Source: Octopus bimaculoides (taxonomy: Eukaryota). From it: a stretch of DNA of 36,320 nucleotides. The stretch is from NCBI RefSeq assembly GCF_001194135.2, contig NC_068983.1, positions 65,809,056 through 65,845,375 on the forward strand, in the 5' to 3' direction. The first letter of the stretch is position 1. Each line of letters starts with the position of its first letter. The notes under the pieces are model-generated. The model was not told where the DNA came from. It was given only the letters and a program-made list of their open reading frames with translations, and did not search any database. Below, one piece after another: positions 11,913 to 22,570 of this stretch. A program made the position numbers and the translations under genes.

Positions 11913-13584
11913 TACATCTATAGATATGTGTAGCTAGACATCGAAGCGATATTCAGTACATAGATGAATTTATGAGTATGGCATATGTCATTGCACCACT
12001 ATGAAATAGGTTTGTGGTATTAATGGATAGTCAGGCCCATCTTGTTGTTTATAGATTATTTTTACACACCTTAGATACTATATCTTCGCTGTTCATATCT
12101 TTAAGAAAGTATGATCAACAGAATATACATTTCTCATTCTGTCTAAATGTCAATATATGATTCTACTTCGGATTGTTCAGCAGGATACCACAGCATTTTT
12201 TTCTTATCATAATACACTATTACAATGCCGTAACAAGTCTGCTGTGAATACGTAACACTAATGTCTAAAATATGATACATGTTCTTATGTAAATAGGAAA
12301 AGAAAACATTTACATATTAGCATATAACAGATGAGGTATTAATTCAAATGCTTATCACAACTCCACACATAAAACATGATAATAAGCTGTTTATCACATT
12401 GCATACTATGAATATAATATATATATATTCCTAATATTCTGCAAAAACTACATCAAGAAAGATTTATTTGTATGTTTGAGCATCTCGCCAATCAGTATAT
12501 CCGACATCAGTAAGAAAGTATGAAATCAGCTACGAAACACTTGTTCGTGCATAAAATATACTTCCTCACAGAATTTGAATTATTCAACATAGGGATTAAA
12601 CAAACTACTTTAGATCATGCAGTCATATTATTGTTTAGTCATTGCTTGATATATCCTCTTATGCTATAAACGTTTATTACAACTCCAATTTTTCAGACTA
12701 TCAATCACATGATTTAGATATGTATCTACTATACTACTTTTTGATAGGTCTGACCTCCGATAATCTTCAAGTGGTCGATATTTACATAAGTAGTTGACTT
12801 TATGTGCAGTAGATAGTGTGAAAGTAGGTGGCATATGGTTATATCCTTTTATGTTATGAGTTCAAATCCCATGTAAGGTCGAAATGCATTTCCAATTCCA
12901 AGTTCAATAACATATATCCGAGTTGAAAGGAAACTAGATATTAGAGATCGATTTTATTGATAATACATTAGAAATCGTTACTCTACCATATTTTTCAAAT
13001 ATTTACCTAAGCATATTTAGCGTTCCCAGCAGGTAAATCTTGAGAGAAACCATTAACAGTTAAAATCATCTTAAAATGAGGCTGGCTGTTTGATCATTTT
13101 AATACAACACTAAAATGTAGAAAGATACACATTTATTCACTTTCATACACACATGCTTACATACATTCTTACATATATACTTGCATATATATNNNNNNNN
13201 NNNNNNNNNNNNNNNNNNNNNNNNNNNNNNNNNNNNNNNNNNNNNNNNNNNNNNNNNNNNNNNNNNNNNNNNNNNNNNNNNNNNNNNNNNNNNNNNNNNN
13301 NNNNNNNNNNNNNNNNNNNNNNNNNNNNNNNNNNNNNNNNNNNNNNNNNNNNNNNNNNNNNNNNNNNNNNNNNNNNNNNNNNNNNNNNNNNNNNNNNNNN
13401 NNNNNNNNNNNNNNNNNNNNNNNNNNNNNNNNNNNNNNNNNNNNNNNNNNNNNNNNNNNNNNNNNNNNNNNNNNNNNNNNNNNNNNNNNNNNNNNNNNNN
13501 NNNNNNNNNNNNNNNNNNNNNNNNNNNNNNNNNNNNNNNNNNNNNNNNNNNNNNNNNNNNNNNNNNNNNNNNNNNNNNNNNNNN

Positions 13585-13624
<40 letters not shown>

Positions 13625-13832
13625 GTTTAATACGCCATTAAGGTAAGATCAACAAAATATCCCTTTCACTTTCTGCATCTACCTTCTCGTTGTTTTGCCT
13701 GTGGAAGCATCTTGTTATGGAGACTGCTTGGGTATAGAAGGTATGTTATAAAAACCTGCCTCTATCCTCGTCTTCAATGCAAGAAACAAGAAAAATATTA
13801 GTAGCTCTTATATTTATATATATATATATACC

Positions 13833-14448
13833 ACTGAACGACCCAAAAGTGACGATCTGGTGCGCAGCCGGAAAACCTGCCGTCATTTTTGAAGACAATG
13901 ATAGAAATGCTGTTACTGTGGAACTCCGAGTTGTTACATCGAGATGATAGACAACTTCTTTGTGTTTTGTGCCTGAATTACGACGAAGAAGTGTGCCTGT
14001 TCGACTTGTGTGGTTTCAGCAGGATGGGGTGACGGCCCACACAGCCAGAGCATCAATGGACGTCCGTTTTGCCCCATTCCCAGGTTTGCTGGCATTTCTT
14101 GTCGCTCTCGGTCCTCTGATTTGTACATATGTGATTATTTCTTGTGGGGAAACCTCAAGTGTGTATGAGCATAAATGCCGTACATTAGATTATTGGAAGA
14201 AAGCTATTCGCTTCGAAGCCACCCAAATCGACAGAACAATGCTGGAGAGAGTGGAGACCAACTTCCAAGAACGCCTTCAGAAATACATCAATGAAAACAA
14301 GACCACATAGTGGATGTTGTCTTTCACAATTAATTTTAACAAATAGTAATTCAATACGAACACATTGATGCCAACAAAATCCGTTTCCAGCTAAAATGAA
14401 TGATTTTGTGAACTTTTCAAAAGCGTCGGTCCGCTCTTCCCCACTCTG
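13833..14448 (+). mobile_element. Tc1/mariner-superfamily transposon relic (3' half; motifs most like rosa/DD41D)
   Basis: Frameshifted translation gives PKVTIWC, FEDNDRNAVTV, VWFQQDGVTAHTARASM and CDYFLWGNLK-like motifs. It ends ccactctg followed by TA. Confidence 0.85.
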
Positions 14449-15180
14449 TATATGGGTATATATATATATATATNNNNNNNNNNNNNNNNNNNNNNNNNNN
14501 NNNNNNNNNNNNNNNNNNNNNNNNNNNNNNNNNNNNNNNNNNNNNNNNNNNNNNNNNNNNNNNNNNNNNNNNNNNNNNNNNNNNNNNNNNNNNNNNNNNN
14601 NNNNNNNNNNNNNNNNNNNNNNNNNNNNNNNNNNNNNNNNNNNNNNNNNNNNNNNNNNNNNNNNNNNNNNNNNNNNNNNNNNNNNNNNNNNNNNNNNNNN
14701 NNNNNNNNNNNNNNNNNNNNNNNNNNNNNNNNNNNNNNNNNNNNNNNNNNNNNNNNNNNNNNNNNNNNNNNNNNNNNNNNNNNNNNNNNNNNNNNNNNNN
14801 NNNNNNNNNNNNNNNNNNNNNNNNNNNNNNNNNNNNNNNNNNNNNNNNNNNNNNNNNNNNNNNNNNNNNNNNNNNNNNNNNNNNNNNNNNNNNNNNNNNN
14901 NNNNNNNNNNNNNNNNNNNNNNNNNNNNNNNNNNNNNNNNNNNNNNNNNNNNNNNNNNNNNNNNNNNNNNNNNNNNNNNNNNNNNNNNNNNNNNNNNNNN
15001 NNNNNNNNNNNNNNNNNNNNNNNNNNNNNNNNNNNNNNNNNNNNNNNNNNNNNNNNNNNNNNNNNNNNNNNNNNNNNNNNNNNNNNNNNNNNNNNNNNNN
15101 NNNNNNNNNNNNNNNNNNNNNNNNNNNNNNNNNNNNNNNNNNNNNNNNNNNNNNNNNNNNNNNNNNNNNNNNNNNNNNNN

Positions 15181-15211
<31 letters not shown>

Positions 15212-15291
15212 TATACACACATACATATACATACACATATATATATATAAAACAACACTGTGAAAGATTTTAGAACATTTACAAATACAAG

Positions 15292-15339
15292 GTCTTACAG
15301 CTGTTTCCGGTATAATTTATATATCCCTTCATTGCAGAC
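15292..15339 (-). ncRNA. Degenerate type I hammerhead ribozyme (inverted partner)
   Basis: GUCU-gcaAUGA-A-GGGAUAU...ACCG-GAAA-CAGCUG-UA-AGAC. The GUA site is intact but the core is mutated. Confidence 0.55.
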
Positions 15340-15536
15340 GGTGTGAGGAAATGGTTAAGCAATACCTGGAACTTACTCACAAGGTACTGGAATCTTATAT
15401 GTATACCATTGTACCTAAATAATGGATCTACAAATGCAATATCCCTGCATATCTCACGTCTATTTTCCTTCCTCCATTTCACTATCTATTTCATATCTTA
15501 TCTTGAATAACCATTGCTTGACCATTTTCGTACACC

Positions 15537-15584
15537 GTCTCCGATGAAGGGATATATAAAATATCCCGGAAACAGCTGAAAGAC
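15537..15584 (+). ncRNA. Degenerate type I hammerhead ribozyme
   Basis: GUCU-CcGAUGA-A-GGGAUAU(auaaa)AUAUCCC-g-GAAA-CAGCUG-aA-AGAC. U4 is changed to C and the cleavage triplet GUA to GAA. Confidence 0.6.
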
Positions 15585-15661
15585 TTTCTATTTTTAAATG
15601 TTCTAAAATCTTTCACAGCCTTGGTTTTTTATCTCATTCAGAATTTTTTTATATAGGCCCA

Positions 15662-15821
15662 GGAGTGGCTGTGTGGTAAGTAGCTTGCTTACCAACCACA
15701 TTGTCCCGGGTTCAGTCCCACCGCGTGGCACCTTGGGCAAGTGTCTTCTACTATACCCTCGAGCCAATCAAAGCCTTGTGAGTGTATTTGGTAGACGGAA
15801 ACTGAAAGAAGTCCGTCGTAT
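15662..15821 (+). mobile_element. tRNA-derived SINE, 5' part (cut by a gap)
   Basis: A-box-like tggctgtgtggt and B-box-like gggttcagtcc, then caccttgggcaagtgtcttctactata...gacggaaactgaaagaag, matching my recollection of an abundant octopus SINE. Confidence 0.8.
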
Positions 15822-16320
15822 NNNNNNNNNNNNNNNNNNNNNNNNNNNNNNNNNNNNNNNNNNNNNNNNNNNNNNNNNNNNNNNNNNNNNNNNNNNNNNN
15901 NNNNNNNNNNNNNNNNNNNNNNNNNNNNNNNNNNNNNNNNNNNNNNNNNNNNNNNNNNNNNNNNNNNNNNNNNNNNNNNNNNNNNNNNNNNNNNNNNNNN
16001 NNNNNNNNNNNNNNNNNNNNNNNNNNNNNNNNNNNNNNNNNNNNNNNNNNNNNNNNNNNNNNNNNNNNNNNNNNNNNNNNNNNNNNNNNNNNNNNNNNNN
16101 NNNNNNNNNNNNNNNNNNNNNNNNNNNNNNNNNNNNNNNNNNNNNNNNNNNNNNNNNNNNNNNNNNNNNNNNNNNNNNNNNNNNNNNNNNNNNNNNNNNN
16201 NNNNNNNNNNNNNNNNNNNNNTATATATATATATATACATACATACATACATACATACGTACATACATACATACATACATACATACATACATACATACAT
16301 ACATACATACATACATACAT

Positions 16321-17596
16321 TCGGTTATCCCATAAATAATACGGTTCTTTTATACTTCTTTTATTTTTCAAAATCAAAAGAAACAAAGTTCTTTTTTAAT
16401 CTAAAATATACTCTCCTTCAATTTCTACAATGCACTTTCATCAATCTGGTAGACTTGCAACGTCTCTGTTCCAAAATTCACTTGTTCCTGACGAAAAATA
16501 CCCCTCTAGCACTGTTCTGACCACGTCTACAAAATTCATATCTTTTCCATCCAAATGATTTTGAAGACTGTGGAATACATGATAATCAGACGGAGCAATG
16601 TCCAGCGAATATGTTGGGTGGGGTATCGTTTCCCATTCAAATTGCTCCAGCCTTTGGAACGTCATTCTCGCTGTATGTGCGTAGCCGAGAATTACCTTGT
16701 TAGGAAAACACCTTTCGTCTTGAAACCAAAGATGGACGTTTTTCTTCTAGCGCTGACTTAAGCTGCTGAAGCTGCTCGCAGTAGATCACCTTCGTTATCG
16801 TTTGGTTTTAGTTTAAAAATTCAAAGTCGACTGAACCTTTCATATCCCACCAAATAGATAATAAACCTTACATGGGTGAAGACCTTCTGTAGTCTAGGGT
16901 GCCGATGTTTCTCTTTTCCCACTGTCTTCGGCGCTTGACAATTTTTATAGAGAACCTATTTCTCGTCCCCAGTCACTATTCGATCCAAAACGAGACGTGA
17001 CAGCAAAGAAGAGCATACAATCACTCCCTGCGCGCGATTAAAGTCGGGAGGTTTGTGAGGAACCCATTGACCCATTTGCTGACTTTTCTTATGGCACGCA
17101 GGTGTTCATGAATGGTTGAATAACCAAACCTAGGCTTCTCTGCTAGCCCCTCAACAGTTACGATGTGATTTTATTTCACCAGAGTTTGCAGGACGTTGTT
17201 ATTGAGCTCTACACATCTTCCAGGAAGGGGCACGTCTTCTAGGCAGTAGTTTCCGGCTCATGATTTCTGGAACCACCGTTGACACTAGCTTAGGCTTATT
17301 TTCCGATCCCCAAAAATTGCATTAAGGTACCTCGCACTTTCCGTTGCGCTGTTTCCATTATTGAGCACATAAAGCAAAATATTCTGAATATGGTCCTTTG
17401 TCACTTCCATTATAGTTTTGAAAAATAGCTGTTAAAAGCGAACTGCACTCTTCAAAAACCTTGCACTGAGAATAAATAGAAGATAAAATGACGACGTGCT
17501 TTCATAGCAAGTTGAAGCAGGTATTTTATCCCGTCCCCCTCCGACTTTTATTTCATGCAATTGAAAAAGACCACATTATTTATGGGATAACCCCGA
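16321..17596 (-). mobile_element. Full-length, decayed mariner (DD34D-type) transposon with both TIRs
   Basis: The TIR tcggttatcccataaataat (16321) matches the reverse complement of attatttatgggataaccccga (ending 17596), followed by TA. The transposase relic starts at ATG 17410 (MEVTKDHIQNILLY...CQRWFQK) and includes KRPSLVSRRK and HPTYSLDIAPSDYHVF. Confidence 0.93.
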
Positions 17597-17615
17597 TATA
17601 TGTAATTACATATAC

Positions 17616-17657
<42 letters not shown>

Positions 17658-17824
17658 TAATTATTTATAATATAATATAGGATGAATTCTTTATAAGAAT
17701 TTATCAAGTAGTCAGCGTGAAAAAACCTCATAATGAAAAAATAACGAAAAATTTCGTAATCGAAAAATTCATCGTTTCTTTATATATATATATATATATA
17801 CATAAGTGTTTGTATGTGTGCATA

Positions 17825-18340
17825 CAGGATGCATAAGATATTTGAGGACAGATTTATGTTTATAAAAAATAACATATATGTGATAACAGATAAATTTATT
17901 TATCAAAAAATGCTATGAGGATAAAAATAAACATTCTTTTCTATAACGTTATTCAATAAAGCCACCTTGAGCTTCAAAAACTGCTTCTATATGAGATCTA
18001 AATCATCTATATGCTCGAATCAAGTGGTCCTGGTTCATTTTGGACATTACTCTGACTATGGCAGCTTTCAAAGAATCTTTGATGTTATTCGCATGTTCCT
18101 TGACCTCTCTCTCAAAAACGCTTCACAATGGATTGAGATCTGGGGAATTAAGAGGCCAAATGTTAGGGGTTATGTGATCAAGAAAACTTTCAGCCATCCA
18201 TTCCTGTGTTACTAGTGCCATGTGTTATAGTGCAGAGTCTTACTGAAACAGATATGGCATTCCATTGCATACACTGTCTATCCCGAGCTTAGGAATTATT
18301 TCCATTACCAAATTTTTGAAATTATATCTTCGGTATGTTA
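17825..18340 (-). mobile_element. Tc1/mariner-superfamily relic (3' half; maT/DD37D-like)
   Basis: Minus-strand translation gives PYLFQ*DSA, TQEWMAE, IWPLNSPDLNPL, DSLKAAIVRVM and FRSHIEAVFEAQGGFIE*. The terminus TA|caggatgcataagat is at 17823-17825. Confidence 0.85.
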
Positions 18341-20219
18341 ACTTTGGATTCCTGAACGACAATGTAACTTCCGTATAATTAAGGTATCTTCGGTCTCATG
18401 AGTAGCTAGCTGAGTACCCCTCGAGTAATTATTACATCGGATGATCTGCTAGCTAGAAAAGGTATGTAGCCTAGATTTTACCTACTCCACTCACTCAATT
18501 TGTATATTCATTCTCATTCATAGCAACTGAAGTTGCCAACAGTGAGCGATAAAACAATTTTTTTTCCAGCTTATCGATCTTCTATATGGGAAAGGTATTG
18601 TTACAGAATGTTGTTTTTATACCTACGACGGACTGCCTGAATCTTACAAACATTTTACTAACAGAGAATGGGCTCTGGAGAGGGAATATAAAAATATTAG
18701 TGTCCGCTTCTGCTCTGCTTCTTAACTGGGAATAATTATTTCCAGTGAATTTCTTAATCCAAATTTCTTTAAACATGTTAGCTCTAACATGGTTGTTTCA
18801 ATAGTTTCCAAATTTAATTTATCTTATTTGATGTGGAACATATTCACATTGTAGTCTACAGTTAATATATCAACAAAAATATTTTCTGAAATATTTTCTA
18901 AAAGCTCCAGCTGAAATTTATTTTGTTATATACTTATATCCTTCTTGAATCTAGAGTGCTACAATTGTAAAAAAGTTTTTAAATATTTTCAAATTTTATC
19001 ACTCTCGACTCCGAATGACTACATTATATATAACGATAAGATTTACCATTTAAAAAAGTAAAAACTAAATTTTCACACATATATTCATTTTTTTTTTAAT
19101 ATGTTTGAGGTTTCGTTTTTTATTGCTATAAATATTCCTTTTACATATTTACATATTTATCTTCGAAGTGTGGATCTGATATCCTTTCATTTTATGTTGC
19201 AGGAGTGATTGAGTCCTCAAGAACGCAATTTAAACCAAAATAGAAAACGAAAAATATTGCAATCAAGTGCAATATCCACTTCAGCGTCACCGTCATCGTC
19301 TGTTTCCACCATTTTAATATGAAGACGCAATGTCTTATATTTGGCGTGTATATTTGAATTAATAACAAGGAATGTAAGTATATTATCTCTATCTATATAC
19401 ACGTTTATTGCTGTGCGCGCGTGCGTGTGTGCGAATTAATGTTTGTATTTTCAAATATTTACTTGAAATATTAAACCATCTGAACAGATACGCATAAATC
19501 TGACCCATTTACAATCAAATTCATCTCAGAATTATGCTGGCAGTATGAACTTTTTAACACATCGTTGACACAAAAAGGCACGCATGCATTTACACCTACA
19601 CACATTCATCGAAACATATCTTACTGTATGCATGCTTGCATATATACATTAAACACTAAACACTTCCATAGCAAACATGTATATATTGCTTCTCTGCTTT
19701 CAATTAGAAAAACAAATATAACGTTATCATTGGTGAACATAGAACTGAATGGCAAATGGCTATTTACATTTCTGATAACGTGAAATGAGCGAATATAGGA
19801 ACTTAATATTATTTTAATAATTTTATTACACATCATATGTGTACTCGGTATATATTTGTACTTTTAGCTTTGTTTAAAATTTATACATTTGAATAACTAA
19901 CAAAGCTTGCGAGGAAGCAAAACTGGTCATAGTTTTCTTACCATTTAATCGCATTTATTTCTTTTAAAATAATGTTTATTGCTCTTCGAAAAAAAAAAAT
20001 AACGTTTTTCTCAGTTTTGACTGCCCTCATCAAATATTTCTCTAGGATAGTACGCATCAGTCGTAGTGAATTTTATTATATTTTCTTTATTGTTTTAAAT
20101 CAGCAACCTTTCAGGTTTCTTTACAAATTTGAGAACTAAATGCCATATACAGTTCTATATTTAAGAGATGAGGAATTATGTACATTATTTACATTATTTA
20201 CACTACGCCATATGCCCAC

Positions 20220-20315
20220 GGGCATATGGCGTAGTGGTTAAGAGCGCGGGCTACTAACGTCAAAATTCTGAATTCGATTCCAAGCAGTGACATGAACAAT
20301 AACAACAACAACAGC

Positions 20316-20376
<61 letters not shown>

Positions 20377-20551
20377 GTAGTAACAACAACAACAACATCG
20401 AAAAATACCTTAGGAATGAGAACCCAGGTTCGAAATTTTCCCCAAAACACCTGAAGAAGGCTGGAGGGTATATCAGCCGAAACGTTGCGTTAACAACAAA
20501 CAAGATGAGGACAAATATACGTCGAATGTAAATTATGTAAATAATGTAAAT
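20220..20551 (+). mobile_element. tRNA-headed SINE-like element with an internal (AAT/AAC)n tract, a hammerhead ribozyme motif and a (TGTAAATAA)n tail
   Basis: A-box tggcgtagtgg and B-box-like gaattcgattcc; hammerhead at 20446-20491; tail at 20527-20551. Confidence 0.8.
20446..20491 (+). ncRNA. Minimal type I hammerhead ribozyme lacking a helix III loop
   Basis: AACAC-CUGAAGA-A-GGCUG(gagggtatat)CAGCC-GAAA-CG-UU-GcGUU. The core is complete, with an extra A after A9, a palindromic AACGUU and one mismatch in stem I. Confidence 0.75.
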
Positions 20552-21611
20552 GTCACATGCTCTGAAAATGGAAATTACGGTAGCTGGGAGTTGAGAGTTG
20601 TCTCGTGTTTTACCAAACATACATAGATAAAGAGTGACACGTTAGGTTATATATGTTGTCATGGCTTATCATCCTAATCTTTATTCTCCTTATTTCGGGC
20701 TTCTTTAGTACTGCCTTCCTCAAATGCTCCCTATTTTTCTGTAAGTGGTGTGCATACATTGAAAACAACGCTATGGATATGCGAGTAAATGAGGCATTTT
20801 ATTTGCATCTGTTTAATTTCAACTTATATACAAAGTTAATAGTCAATTAGCATTGATACAGTTAACTGAATGAATTCCAATATATCTCTCCAGGAACCTT
20901 TCATTGACAAAAGAAGGAAGGATAATGTTGAATCAAGAGGAATATTTCCTGAGGCCCTTTAGGGAGGAAACTAGATAATGTTATTCAATGGGAAGTCATA
21001 TCATAACAGTTACGTCAGAGCTGGCTGTGCTTCTGAGTTATCTTCTTGTTAGGAAAAATATTATCGAATCATACCCGTTTACTATGCCCTTAAAAATATA
21101 TAAGAAACCATAGTCTAATCAGGTAATTGTTAAATTAAAGAACTCTTAAAGTGGCTGCCATCCAAGTTATAAGTAAGATTTAAGAGAGAAATTATTGATT
21201 TCCATAATAAGGGACATGACGGTAAGCCTATCAGGTATTTCTATAGTGTGAATGAGTTGAAACCTCCTTTTGCATCTGAAGAATGTCATAGTAAACTTTT
21301 CTATTGCATGCAGATATTTTAGTATATTCAACAGATTGAAACATACGTACTAAGAAATGTAAAATAGCTATGTCTTTCATTTGGAGAACGAAGTTTCCAG
21401 TTTTTCACGTATATTTTTACGTTCAAAAGAAACGTACATCTTTCGTTTAAATTCAATGTCATTGGGAAAATATTTTATATCTGCATACGCTACATTGGAT
21501 GCATTCTCTTGAAAGTGATATAGTCTGTTTTTTTTTACCTTTTCTCTCCTACCCTTCTCTTTCACTTTCTCTTTCTTTCTCTCTGACTTTCTCCCCCCCC
21601 TCTCTTTAACT

Positions 21612-21667
21612 ATATATGTATGTATATATATATATATATATATATAGATAGATAGATAGATAGATAG

Positions 21668-21721
<54 letters not shown>

Positions 21722-21730
21722 ATGTATGTG
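21612..21730. repeat. (AT)n/(AGAT)n compound microsatellite
   Basis: Direct inspection. Confidence 0.95.
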
Positions 21731-21751
21731 GTTATCTGTGTATATATATGA

Positions 21752-22570
21752 ATGGAGGAAAATATTGACAGATTGAAACAATTCCAAGAACTTATAAACA
21801 ACGTAAATCCTCACTCTTAATTCACAGTAGAGTTCAGCAACGGAAAACTCCGCTTAGGAATTCTAATGAACAGAAGATGAAAAGTGACGTCTCCATTATA
21901 GCCCACCGACCTATGACAATACATCTTTACAACATTTCGTTCAAAACACACTCGAAACTACATTCCATTAGATCTAGCAAAATGAGTATTCACGATTACA
22001 TCAAACCTGGAACAAGACACAGAAGATTCGAGCAAATGAAAGTAACACTTATCAAATAAAAATACTCTATGAAAATTATTGAAATTAGAATTCTAAGAAC
22101 CAATCAAATTAACATCCAAGAACATCGAACAATCAAGGACAAAAAGAAAAAATATACTATTTTGTATATATTTCAAACTTTTAACATAAGGAACACCGAT
22201 ATTTTCACCAACATCTGTCTAAACGTATCAATATTATTTATGGACGAAAAAATAAAATCGTCTTCCAAAAGCATCTAGTTATAAAGGCGAGGCGAATAAT
22301 AATATCACTAAAACAGATATTGACCAATGCAAAGTTATATACACAAACGGCAAAATAAATGACACTGGCCAAAGTACGGAGGATGTAGCTACGTGTAGGA
22401 GGGTCCCGAATTGCACTTCATAGAAGACCTTATCTTCAAAATTATAAACAATTTTTCCTGCAATTCGGACAGCTTAATTTACGTTATAGTATGTAAAGCT
22501 GTCAAGAACAATTCATAGGACGAGCGAGTACACCAATCAGAAAAGAGAATGATGGTACTCCACTAACTAA
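21752..22570 (+). mobile_element. Penelope-like element relic: RT C-terminus, linker and GIY-YIG endonuclease
   Basis: Frameshifted translation gives LKQFQELINNVNPHS*FTVEFSNGKL, HTRNYIPLDLA, RFEQMKVTLIK and KIINNFSCNSDSLIYVIVCK.CQEQFIG, which fits the Penelope GIY-YIG pattern F.C.S.NLIY.I.C..C...YIG. Confidence 0.8.

Larger units (their letters stand above)
15249..15629. mobile_element. Inverted repeat (arms about 15249-15363 and 15513-15629) carrying two decayed hammerhead motifs; resembles a Penelope pseudo-LTR
   Basis: The arms share attgctt.accatt...acaccgtct...atgaagggatatataaa...ccggaaacagctg.aagac...aaatgttctaaaatctttcacag in opposite orientation. Confidence 0.8.

Noticed and set aside
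15662-15740. tRNA gene calls for the SINE heads (also 20220-20285 and 29078-29165)
   Set aside because: They have A/B-box-like motifs but no complete cloverleaf, and they continue into repeat bodies and tails.
1195-16386. Long ORFs that span N-runs (for example 1199-1975, 3843-4653, 6886-7731, 13153-13641, 14185-15273, 15673-16386)
   Set aside because: They are open only because N-runs contain no stop codons. Only the non-N part of 1195-2379 (LINE ORF1) has real motifs.
19185-19380. Acceptor-like tttcattttatgttgcag and downstream GTAAGT suggesting an exon
   Set aside because: All three frames contain stops between the two sites.
20945-20975. tttcctgaggccctttagggaggaaactag hairpin with a hammerhead-like look
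   Set aside because: The core is incomplete (no CUGANGA) and there is no UH site with a closing stem I.
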